From Podarcis melisellensis (taxonomy: Eukaryota): DNA of 64,000 nucleotides. The position numbers were made by a program, and so were the translations under genes. Of the stretch, positions 38,786-47,430 are shown piece by piece (the first letter of the stretch is position 1; every line of letters begins with the position of its first letter). The stretch lies in NCBI GenBank assembly GCA_964234715.1, contig OZ174276.1; one strand, 5' to 3'. Under the pieces are notes generated by a model that had not been told where the DNA came from, searched no databases, and worked only from the letters and a program-made list of their open reading frames with translations.

Positions 38786-41700
38786 CCTCCCTAAGTCCGT
38801 AGATCTCAGGGCGGTTCACAGCACATTATTAGGGACGTGGGTGGCGCTGTGGTCTAAATCACAGAGCCTAGGGCTTGCCAATCGGAAGGTCAGCAGTTCG
38901 AATCCCCATGATGGGGTGAGCTCCCATTGTTCGGTCCCAGCTCCTGCCCACCTAGCAGTTTGAAAGCATGAAGTGCAAGTAAATAAATAGGTACCGCTCC
39001 GGTGGGAAGGTAAATGGCATTTCCGTACGCTGCTCTGGTTCGCCAGAAGCGGCATAGTCATGCTGGCCACATGACCTGGAAGCTGTCTGCGGACAAACAC
39101 AGGCTCCCTCGGCCTATAGAACGAGATGAACGCACAACCCCAGAGTCATCTGCAACTGGACCTAACAGTCAGGGGTACCTTTACCTTATGCCCGTAGATC
39201 TCAGGGGGGTTCACAGCACATGATCAGTGATGTCACAGACTCTGTTTAAAATGTGTTATGGACACTTCTGTAACTAACTAGTGAAATGAAACCAGAAGAG
39301 GGAGGGAAATCACATGTTCTCAGGAGCAAAACTATTTTGAGTGCTAGGCAAATTGTATTTCCTGAATGACAACTTTACTTTAATAAATCTTTTTATAACA
39401 TATAATCATTATACATGCACTACTTTTCTAAATGGATAGATAGATTGTGTGGTGAGATAAACTGGGATCTTTTAAAACACTGTTTGAGAAAACAACACAC
39501 ACATGTATATGAACACTTTCTCCTGATAAAAGAAATATTAGCATTTTATTGCCACATTACCAACTTAACTTTTGGCTTAATCTCTCTTTCGATATTAAGA
39601 GGCCTGTATGCATATACCGTATTTTTCGCCCTATAGGATGCACCGGCCCATAGGACGCACCTAGTTTTTTTTTGGGGGGGGGGATAAAGCAAAAAAAATT
39701 TATCCCCCCCCCCAGCCGCAGGAACTCCCGCAGGGCTCCCCAGGCTGCGGATAGCTGGGCGCCCCGCACTCCGGCAAGCAATCTGCTGTCCGCAGCCTAG
39801 GGAGCCTTGCGGGAACTCCCGCGGGCTCCCCAGGCTTATGGATAGCTTCCTGAAGCCTGGAGAGAGAGGGGGGTCGGTGCGCACTGACCCCTCTCGCTCT
39901 CCAAGCTTCAGCAAAAGCCTGCATTCGCCCCATAGGACGCACACACACTTCCCCTCCATTTTTGGAGGGGGAAAAGTGCGTCTTATAGGGCGAAAAATAT
40001 GGTATGTGGGAATTTGCAATGCTTGAAGCACTTATGACATGAGGGAAAGAACCTGATGAAATATCCTTTCTTATGCAAAGTACTGTAAAGGAACCCAGCT
40101 TCACACTAGGGAGATAGCAGCTGAAATACCTGAAATACCACTATATATAAGCATTTTGCAGACTTTCACAAGATTTGCAGCTGCAAAGATACAGCTACCT
40201 CTACCACATACATATCATGTGTGTAAGATCACTAGCTTCTTCTGCCCATATCAAACAAATTACCAGATCCAAGCATATTCAACAAGCAAAATTCACAATT
40301 AGGCATGAAAATGACCAAGGGTACGGATCTAAGTTAGCTGAACTTAGGTACCACTGAAATCTGTGGGATAAATTAGTCATGACTTATTGATTCAACAATC
40401 AACACAGTGCAAACCTATGTATTACTCAGAATTGAGTCACACTGAGTTCAATGGGGCTTACTGTTAGGTAAGTGGATATAGGACTGCAGTCTTAGTCTGG
40501 ACCCCATCTATTCTCTGCACTGTCCTATGGAGATTAACTTTTGTTGAGGCAAATGAAATGATAACACAAGAAAGTATACTTATGCAGGGAGACTGTGACA
40601 GAAAACAACACCACAGCAATGCCATTCCTGTGTTTACATAGGTAACACTTACTGTCTTGGAACCAAATTTATCTATAATACAAATATATGCTAAACAGAT
40701 ATGCAGCAATTCACAGAGATGCTCTGCATTGGGCCTTCAAGAATCTGCAGTGCAGATGTACTGCATATAGTGTGAATAAATTCAGCCTGTGTCTGGGAGC
40801 CAAGCGAATGAGTGGGTGTGCTACTGGCATACGGGAATTTTACTTGAAATTAGCTTTTATTGTTTAAAACTACCACAAATGTTACAAGTGTAATACTAAG
40901 CTGCTGAAATAATGTGGGTTAGAGTGTCAGCCTCTAAAAAGCAAAATAATTAGCTCCCTTGTTTACACTGAAATCCTTTAAAACTGTGCACATATTCTAC
41001 AAAGCTCTAAAGTAAAATGTTTCAATACCGACATATTATTTACCAAATGAAAATGTACAAGTGATGTATTAATCAAAAAAAGCCTTTCAACAATCTTTTT
41101 CGTTTGTTTGTTTCCTCCCCACGTCAGACGTTGCGAAACTCCACAGAGCCCCTCCTCTGTATTTCATTGGCACACACGGGAGGGCACATTCAAATATACA
41201 TATTTACGGGGCACACATCCCCCAAATTTCACCTGCGTTGGTGGTTGGGGCGGGGCGGGATCACAAGTCAAGAAGAGCCTGCTGATTTGAAAGCCTTGGG
41301 GGAAAGGGGAAACTAGTGTCGAGGCTTTTGCGCACAGGCACCTTCACCCAGGGCAGGACCAAACCCCTTTCAGCACCCAGAAGCATCCTCTCTGGTCCAC
41401 CAGGAGAAAGGGTGGGGAGGTAGAGACACCCACGGGCAAGGGGCGATGCCACTAGCCAACTACTTGGCTGGATGGGGGGGGGGCACTGGACCTGACACCC
41501 GCAAGCCGCAGCGGCCCTGGGCGAAGAGGCCCGACTCCCTGTGCGTTTTAAAGCAGCTTGCGGCTGCGAAGGCGCTTTGGGGCGCTGCCCTGACTGGGCC
41601 CATTCTCTCCCCGAGAGGCCTTCCCAGCAGCGCCTCTGCGGCCCGCGAGGCCCCGGGCGGCGGCGGCTGACGGACTCCCCTCTTCCGACTCCTCCTCGCC

Positions 41701-41845
41701 CAGCAGGCGACCGGCGGCTCCACTCACCCGTCAGGCCGCCCCCCTTGCCGTGGCCCCGCCGCCGCTGCAGGAGGAAGAAGGGGTTGGCCCGCTCCGTCAC
41801 CCACAGCGCGTTGGCCAGCAGCACCTCCTCCGGGCCCAGCCACAT
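10957..41845 (-). CDS. TBC1D9B: TBC1 domain family member 9B, Rab GTPase-activating protein, whole gene, 22 coding exons, ~1255 aa
   Basis: Start [40 protein letters not shown]; two GRAM regions; TBC domain with IERDLHRS (Arg finger) and GYCQAMN (Gln finger); EF-hand [14 protein letters not shown]; end ...DYELTSVSG*. Summed exons 3768 nt in frame. Sits between MRNIP and RNF130, which favours 9B over TBC1D9/8. Confidence 0.97.
12439..12545 (-). CDS. TBC1D9B: TBC1D9B exon 21
   Basis: 107 nt; [28 protein letters not shown]. Confidence 0.94.
12915..12968 (-). CDS. TBC1D9B: TBC1D9B exon 20
   Basis: 54 nt; [18 protein letters not shown]; phase 1-1. Confidence 0.82.
13033..13172 (-). mobile_element. 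tRNA-Lys-derived SINE with CR1-like 3' tail (Squam2-like)
   Basis: Head ATAGCTTAGTCAGTAGTGCATGAGACTCTTAATCTCAAGGTTGTGGGTTCGAGCCCCATGTTGGGC resembles tRNA-Lys(CTT); tail GGTCCCTTCCAACTCTACAGTTCTATGATT. Confidence 0.8.
14299..14337. repeat. (CTAT)n microsatellite
   Basis: Interrupted tetranucleotide array. Confidence 0.9.
14400..14945 (-). mobile_element. L2-clade LINE fragment (degraded)
   Basis: Reverse strand reads [14 protein letters not shown] and [10 protein letters not shown] motifs. Confidence 0.65.
15097..15147 (-). CDS. TBC1D9B: TBC1D9B exon 19, 51-nt symmetric (likely cassette) exon
   Basis: [17 protein letters not shown]; long pyrimidine tract, CAAG|GTTAGT donor; resembles the mammalian 17-aa segment ASPLASDLDLFLPWEAQ as I recall it. 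Confidence 0.85.
15503..15574 (-). CDS. TBC1D9B: TBC1D9B exon 18
   Basis: 72 nt; [23 protein letters not shown]. Confidence 0.92.
15865..16208 (+). mobile_element. Sauria SINE
   Basis: GGGATGTGGGTGGCGCTGTGGG head, GGTTCGAATCCC, CCTTTACCTTTACC tail. Confidence 0.93.
16916..16981 (-). CDS. TBC1D9B: TBC1D9B exon 17
   Basis: 66 nt; [21 protein letters not shown]. Confidence 0.94.
17602..17839 (-). CDS. TBC1D9B: TBC1D9B exon 16 (EF-hand)
   Basis: 238 nt; [17 protein letters not shown]. Confidence 0.95.
18709..18777 (-). CDS. TBC1D9B: TBC1D9B exon 15
   Basis: 69 nt; [23 protein letters not shown]. Confidence 0.93.
19728..19826 (-). CDS. TBC1D9B: TBC1D9B exon 14
   Basis: 99 nt; [19 protein letters not shown]. 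Confidence 0.95.
19949..20058. mobile_element. hAT-type MITE, truncated copy of the same family
   Basis: CAGGCATGGCCAAACT...GGGACTACAATTCCCATCATCCCT...GTAGTCCCAAACA; right TIR missing. Confidence 0.85.
20581..20710 (-). CDS. TBC1D9B: TBC1D9B exon 13
   Basis: 130 nt; YLDNVVNRQ...LIKTAYE; donor GAG|GTCAAG. Confidence 0.92.
20921..20996. repeat. 26-bp minisatellite, ~3 copies (AACAGGCGTTAACAGGAAAATGTAGG)
   Basis: Perfect tandem units at 20921, 20947, 20973. Confidence 0.95.
21195..21340. mobile_element. Older diverged palindromic hAT MITE
   Basis: GGCCCTCCAGATGTT...CTACAA / TTGTA...CTGGAGGGCC arms; related relics near 18070-18190, 25595-25722, 46700-46800. Confidence 0.65.
21600..21767. mobile_element. 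Tc1/mariner-type MITE, short relative of the 39617 element
   Basis: TA|CCGTATTTTTCCATGTATAAGA ... TCTTATACACGGAAAAATATGG|TA. Confidence 0.85.
22059..22344 (-). CDS. TBC1D9B: TBC1D9B exon 12
   Basis: 286 nt; [11 protein letters not shown]; donor AG|GTAGCC. Confidence 0.95.
23885..24002 (-). CDS. TBC1D9B: TBC1D9B exon 11 ([39 protein letters not shown])
   Basis: 118 nt, AG/GT ends. Confidence 0.96.
24372..25052 (-). mobile_element. L2-clade LINE 3' fragment
   Basis: ORF 24764..25054: [15 protein letters not shown]...RLRPYL...[15 protein letters not shown]; 3' end with GGGTATAAATAAT tail near 24375. Confidence 0.85.
25167..25381 (-). CDS. TBC1D9B: TBC1D9B exon 10 (TBC catalytic motifs)
   Basis: 215 nt; IERDLHRS ... 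GYCQ. Confidence 0.97.
25871..26021 (-). CDS. TBC1D9B: TBC1D9B exon 9 (TBC start)
   Basis: 151 nt; [16 protein letters not shown]. Confidence 0.96.
26969..27130 (-). CDS. TBC1D9B: TBC1D9B exon 8 (Ser/Pro-rich linker)
   Basis: 162 nt; [11 protein letters not shown]. Confidence 0.9.
27334..27680 (+). mobile_element. Sauria SINE
   Basis: Same head, body and tail as the 15865 copy. Confidence 0.93.
27835..28290. repeat. Three diverged ~160-bp tandem units
   Basis: Each unit contains (CCATC)TTG(A/T)TTCAAAATGGCA and later TGATGA/TGGTGA plus ATGGACAAA-like blocks. Confidence 0.7.
30398..30610 (-). CDS. TBC1D9B: TBC1D9B exon 7
   Basis: 213 nt; [20 protein letters not shown]. Confidence 0.94.
31263..31470 (-). 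CDS. TBC1D9B: TBC1D9B exon 6 (GRAM2)
   Basis: 208 nt; [21 protein letters not shown]. Confidence 0.95.
32570..32828 (-). CDS. TBC1D9B: TBC1D9B exon 5
   Basis: 259 nt within ORF 32479..32904. Confidence 0.95.
33084..33123. repeat. (CAA)n microsatellite
   Basis: Explains the poly-Leu of ORF 32963..33226. Confidence 0.9.
33287..33515 (-). CDS. TBC1D9B: TBC1D9B exon 4 (GRAM1 start, [24 protein letters not shown])
   Basis: 229 nt, AG/GT ends. Confidence 0.95.
33733..34068. mobile_element. Tc1/mariner-pogo (Tigger-like) MITE
   Basis: TA|CAGTGGTGCCCCGCAAGA ... TCTTGCGAGGCACCACTG|TA TIRs with TA TSD; internal CGCAAGAC and CCGCTAAG repeats. Confidence 0.88.
34940..35058 (-). CDS. TBC1D9B: TBC1D9B exon 3 ([22 protein letters not shown]...)
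   Basis: 119 nt, AG/GT ends. Confidence 0.95.
35110..35710 (+). mobile_element. L2-clade LINE fragment
   Basis: ORF 35129..35377: [32 protein letters not shown]. Confidence 0.8.
36255..36365 (-). CDS. TBC1D9B: TBC1D9B exon 2 ([36 protein letters not shown])
   Basis: 111 nt, AG/GT ends. Confidence 0.95.
36490..36855 (-). mobile_element. CR1-type LINE 3' fragment
   Basis: GGCCCATCTAGTCCAAC-type CR1 3' end in reverse followed by degraded ORF2 end; smaller CR1-like relics near 23490-23640, 31590-31720, 49330-49560. Confidence 0.6.
38741..38783. repeat. (ATT)n microsatellite
   Basis: ~14 perfect units; probably a retroelement tail. Confidence 0.95.
38832..39187 (+). mobile_element. Sauria SINE
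   Basis: Same family; flanked by a 30-bp direct repeat. Confidence 0.92.
39617..40002. mobile_element. Tc1/mariner-type MITE (CCGTATTTTTCGCCCTATA termini)
   Basis: TA|CCGTATTTTTCGCCCTATAGGA ... TCTTATAGGGCGAAAAATATGG|TA; GC-rich internal duplication. Confidence 0.87.
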
Positions 41846-42200
41846 AGCGGGGCCGTTGCCGCTGCGGCGCCGTCGCCGCCGCCACCCGGGCACACTCCGC
41901 CGTCTCCGAACCGGGGCCGGCCCGACAGTCACAGGTGGGTCACGGGGGCTACGCACGTCGCGGACCGAGCCCGGAGGAGCTGTTGCCTGCCTACTGCGCC
42001 CTCTAGCGGCGTGGCTGGCGCACCGCAGCGCAGGGAAAACGGCCATTTTTGTCGTCGTCGTCGTCCCGCTCAGTGCGAGGCTGAGCCGAGTCCAGCCTCT
42101 TCCCAAGCCGCCTAAAACCACGGCGGTCGTCGCCCTGTGGCTACACGGTCCTACGCACACATTGGGGAAGTGGGGCTGCATTGCTGCTATACCCATTCGA
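41480..42200 (-). promoter_or_regulatory. CpG island / TBC1D9B promoter and 5' exon
   Basis: Very GC- and CpG-rich around exon 1; YY1-like CGGCCATTTT at 42040-42049; short (GTC)n run at 42051-42065. Confidence 0.85.
41728..41845 (-). CDS. TBC1D9B: TBC1D9B exon 1
   Basis: 118 nt from ATG; donor G|GTGAGT. Confidence 0.95.
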
Positions 42201-45200
42201 CCTGGGAGTAACACCCCCTCCCCTCTGAAGTCAGTGGGGCCTTCTCATGAGGAGACCTGTCTAGGGTGGCACCGTCAATCCCGTTGCACCTGGCGAGACT
42301 TGGAGTGTGTCATGCGGTGGGCAAAGCTGTGTGACCCCGCAGAGAAAGGCCCTCGCCATCCGGGTATTTCAGTTGTTGCAGCTTGGAACCTAGGACTTAA
42401 AAAAAATAATCCCGTTTTTGAGTTTGGGCTCAACCTAGTGTGGCTTTTTGGAGACCCACCTGCCCTGTTAGCTGCTTTGGAACCAACGCCCTGCTTTTTC
42501 TAATGTCATGGACGCACCAGCTCAGCTGTTTTGCTACATGAGAGGAAGGGCAAGATGGCTCCAGCCCCAGCTCCATGTCCAGGCTGGAAGAGTTCGCTGC
42601 TGTTAGAGGTGCAGTTCAATGGCCCCTAAGCAGCAGACTCAGGAGGATACAGGACAGCCTACCTGGCACATCAAGAATGCAGCCCTGCAAATACCCTGCT
42701 GTTTCTCCCTAGCCCTAGTTGGGGTCTCCGCCTCACTCTGCTAATGGCAGGACCAGCACTGAGTATCATACGCAACCCCAGTCATTTCTTCACATGATAA
42801 TAGGAACCCACTTTTAAACCAGTCTTCTGACACCTGAGACTGTCCCATCCCCATTTCATACTGCTGAAGGTCCCACTCCAGCAGTGCATGCCAAATCCAT
42901 TTGTTCAACAGGCTTGTGCTACACTGTTTTTTAAAGGACAGGAAGATGGTGGTTCTTTGGGTTAAAGGTATTTTAGAAAACATTGTCATTCCACAAGGAG
43001 CTCAACATGGGCCTCAGCCATCTGAAATAGTAGGTAATGCATGTGTAGAACCTCCCTGCTTGTGGGCATGCATTTACAAGGATTAAAAACAGGAGACCAG
43101 ATGCATTTGCCTAGTAGTAAGTGGCACTGAACTCAATGGGACTTAATTCTGAGTAGGTATGTTAGATTGTGCCATCAAGGGTGGTGTGGATAGAACTTCT
43201 AGAGATCCTGGACATGGGGTTGAGCATCTGAAGAGAGCTATCAACTCATGCTAACAAAAACATTTTAAAAAGATGTTGGGAATATCTGAAAGGCACAAAT
43301 AAGTGGTTTATAAGGAACTGGTATCAGAAAATCAGAACCATCCTTGGTTAAATAGAGGCAATTAGAGCATAAGGAATCACAACTGGAAGGAAAGCAGTCA
43401 TCTTTCCATAATCAGGCTAAAAATAATCACAAATCATCTGACAGAGGAGCTGGAAAGGGTACAGGAAATAGTTGTAGAACAGGGCCATCACCTCTTTGCC
43501 TGGGCCCTTGCTCCTTTAACAGTAATAATAGGAATTAAAGGCCCAGCAAACAACAGAGACAATGCTGCTCTAGAATAATGCCTCATACACCTGAGATTCA
43601 TGCGTTCAAAACCTGGGAAGGCGAAATGAATAAATATTCCCAGAGGCACAAGGCAATCTGATCTGAGGGAAAATTCCTTCTTGACCACAAATGCAGCACC
43701 ATTGCCACTTGAGCTCATTCACTACCGCAGGCAGCATTAAGGTTTTGGCACACTACTACAAAAAGCACTGTGTGGTGGTGTGCTAGTTTGGCACTGCCCA
43801 AAACTAACCACATGGCTGGCTTGAGAACTGGAAACCACCAGGTTTCATTTAGCAATGAAGACAGGACTGAAATGAAAGTTGATTCCATCCAATGACCTGT
43901 CTGTGACTGTGACCATCTTTGATGTGCCAGCACCCCTCCCACCACTGCATAAATAAATAAATATTATATAGGAAGCACTCATGGAACAGGAAGGTACCTT
44001 TCCCCTCACCACCACTGCTGCTCTGACAGCAAGAAGCTGTTGTTGCAATCATCCCCATCAGTAGCATGGGCAGCTAAATAATAATAAATAGTTATAATAA
44101 TAATAAAGGGTTAGCATGGTTTGTGCTGAATTAGAGTCAATGTCTGATGCCATAGGAGAAGCAATTCCCTGCTGAACGACTGAGGCGACAGATTCTTTTA
44201 CCACATTACCTGTTTTAGAGCACTGCAATATCTATTAATAAGTTCTCATTCTTCTGAATGTAGTGGCACCTACAAAGTTACTTCTCCACAACATTCCTGA
44301 GCTGCAACAACCCATTTTGTTTTAGTACTTATTACAATTCTTGAAGCACAAAGGATTGCTCACCTTGTTGTTTTTCTGAAGCTAACTTACAAAAGGCATG
44401 GATAAATCTTCTGAAATGCCTAGTGTTCACTTAAATGTCTCTCTGCCAGAATGACTGCATTTGTCAGGGCAATTCACAAAACAAAGCAGTAGATGGATTA
44501 AACAACTCCCTTAGGATGCACTAAACTAAAGCTATTCACTATCCCTGATAAAATAGGAGAAAACATTTAAATTATATTCTATGTTGCATATTGGCAAAAG
44601 CCACAAATCTTGGGCTTAATCTGCAGTCCTGTTCCTATCTCTAGCTATGCAGTACCAGAATTGGTCTCTTTCTGCCCTCTGCCCTTTTCCTGAATAAATA
44701 TTAGCTGCCATTTGTTTTAAGCCTACTGAGACAATGACTGCATGACATAGATGCACTGGTTCCAATTTGCTTCTGAGCTCAATTCAAAGTGTTGGTGATT
44801 CCCTTTAAAGTCCTAAACTGCTTAGGTATGAGATACCTTAGGCCAGAGGTTCCCAACTCACCCCACCCTCCATGGAACACTTAAATATTGCTAAATAGGG
44901 TCTTAGCAGACCATTTAATAATTCTATTGTAACAATTGTAATGCAATGTGCTAGATGTGCTAAATTTCATTGCTTCTTTTATTTTAGTGTATTACCATTT
45001 TAATTCCATGGAATTAAAATATTTACAATAAATATTAATATTAAAATCAAATTAATGGCTGTGCCATCTCGTCTTCAGCCACAAATACACAGACATTCCT
45101 GAATGATTTAGGGCTTGCTCCTTCTTCCTATATTATCTTGCCTTACTATTCTTCTTAACTGCCTGCTGTAAATTTGCTGAACACCATAGAACACAAAATT

Positions 45201-47184
45201 GACTATGTGAAACTACAGTTTGTGAAGTATCATGAGATGAGAATCAGGCAGATGAACTTATTTTTAATTTGTCCACTGGTTCCTTATCTGCCATGTGATC
45301 ACATGATATCTAAGTATAACAGGAAATAAAATGCACGAAGAGCCATCTGAGATACCTAGAAGATAATTTTCTGTGTGCCGAAGATTTCATCCATTTTCTT
45401 GAGGCACTGGAGAACAGGTATCTCAGATTGTCTCACCAGCTGTGCACCGGGATTTGCCAGGCAGTGAAATTCTCACATATACAGAGCAATGGAACAGAGC
45501 AGGCATAGGCTGTTTTTAAATAGCTTTTTATTGAAATGTATTACATTAGCAAATCCTAACTTAAAGGTATACACTATTAACATATCAGCATATACCACAT
45601 AGCTACAATATAGTAGTATACTTACATCAAAATATGTAGACTAAGAATTTTTGTGGCTGCCAAGCTACAGCTTATCACACAGATTTTAAAGTTTAGATTG
45701 TCAAGAGGGTGGCATATTGCCTGCACATGCCTAGATTAGAAACAAGGCAAATAATCCTTTTCACTTTGCCAGACCTCTAGTAGCTTGTTTGTAATTTTCG
45801 GCTCTCTGTTGTTCATACTGGTATAATTCACAATATGGCAATGAGGAATTCAAATACATAGGCCCTGCCATTGTATTTTACATACACACTGTTTGATAGT
45901 TTAATCACTTTCACTCATCACATTGCAAAAGACCTGCTAAAAGTTATTCTCACTGCATTTTGTGCATAGTTAATCTTGGCCCGTACCTGGGGATCCTGAG
46001 CAGACACATGAGCCTTACGTACAGAGTTATCCACTTAAATTTTCTATCTGGGCTAACAGTCTGGATTCAAGACTGCTGGTTGTAGTTACATGAGCTCAAA
46101 TCATGATTAAGCACATCCACTGAACTGTGTGCTGATAAAAATGCAAACTGTTTGTTCAGCGTAACTAAATATCCATAGAAATAATTTCTATGGATAACCA
46201 CAAACCTAAGGATTGCATGCATAGCCCTTAAGTGGCACAAAAAGGGCATCTAGCAGATATCCCTTTATTTTGCTGCTAAGTTGACCAAACAACTGGGATA
46301 CTGCTAGCTTTGTGCACTTCAGAAAAGTTATTTTCTCCCAACATATAAGGCTTAGTGCAGCAATTTTAATCACCAGAGTGAGCAATGTGCAGATGTAGAG
46401 AAGAGAGGAAAGCAGGTCAAATGTTTAATTCTGGTGGCAGCATTTCCTCTTAAACCCACAAGTGTTGATTTCCAAATATCCACAGATTTTCTCCTCCCCC
46501 TCTTTTTCTTGGCAGGGCTCCTGTGGTTTCAGATGCTGCATGACAAGAAGGAACTTAGCAACTGCAGCTCCCCCCCCCCAAAAAATGACTGCATCTTTAT
46601 GCCAAGAGAAGTTGTACAAGTTGCATTTTAGCCTGGCATGCAGCTGTGAAAGGCACAGGAACTCTTTCAGAAAAAGCTGGCAAAGCCTTCATATACAGCA
46701 GAGGTGGTGTACCTACCCCTGACCATTAGCCATACTGTCTGAGACTGATGGGAGCTGGATTCCAACAATATTTGGAGAGTTGCAGATTAGCCATCCTTGA
46801 TATAGTGTCCAGATAAAGCCCAGGTATGAGGGTTATTCATCATGCTCCTGCTAATTATAACCACCACCATCATATCTAAGACAGCACAGCCTAACTACCA
46901 CATAGCAAGTGTCTCTTCTCTTCAGTTCCCAGAACTGAAGGAAACTTCACTGACCTTGGAAGTGGGGCAGCCAGAGCCATTCCAAATGATTAGATTATAT
47001 GCTAGAAAAATGGCAACTCCAAGCTACAGAGCTGAGTGACAGTTATTTGACATGTGCTTTTCGTTAATGCAGATCAACCTCATCAGTGTGTTGACAAATG
47101 TGATAGCTGGTGTGTGTTTTTTAGGTTCTTATACCCTCTTACAGGGATTGTCAGAAGTGCTCAAATTACAGGGAGCTCGGAGAG

Positions 47185-47430
47185 GAGAAGAAGAAGAGTT
47201 TGGATTTGATATCCCGCCTTTCACTCCCCTTCAGGAGTCTCAAAGCGGCTAACATTCTCCTTTCCCTTCCTCCCCCACAACAAACACTCTGTGGGGTGAG
47301 TGGGGCTGAGAGACTTCAGAGAAGTGTGACTGGCCCAAGGTCACCCAGCAGCTGCATGTGGAGGAGCGGAGACGCAAACCCGGTTCCCCAGATTACAAGA
47401 CTACCGCTCTTAACCACTACACCACACTGG
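47185..47430 (-). mobile_element. tRNA-derived SINE (Squam3-like)
   Basis: Head CCAGTGTGGTGTAGTGGTTAAGAGCGG, core GGGTGACCTTGGGCCAGTCAC, (CTT)n tail. Confidence 0.82.

Noticed and set aside
39546-40104. Overlapping ORFs up to 161 aa
   Set aside because: Fall within a GC-rich MITE; no transposase motifs.
41261-42503. Long overlapping ORFs (317 aa minus, 320 aa plus) at the TBC1D9B 5' end
   Set aside because: Expected in stop-poor CpG-island DNA; low-complexity Arg/Pro/Gly content. Only 41728-41845 is recognisably coding.
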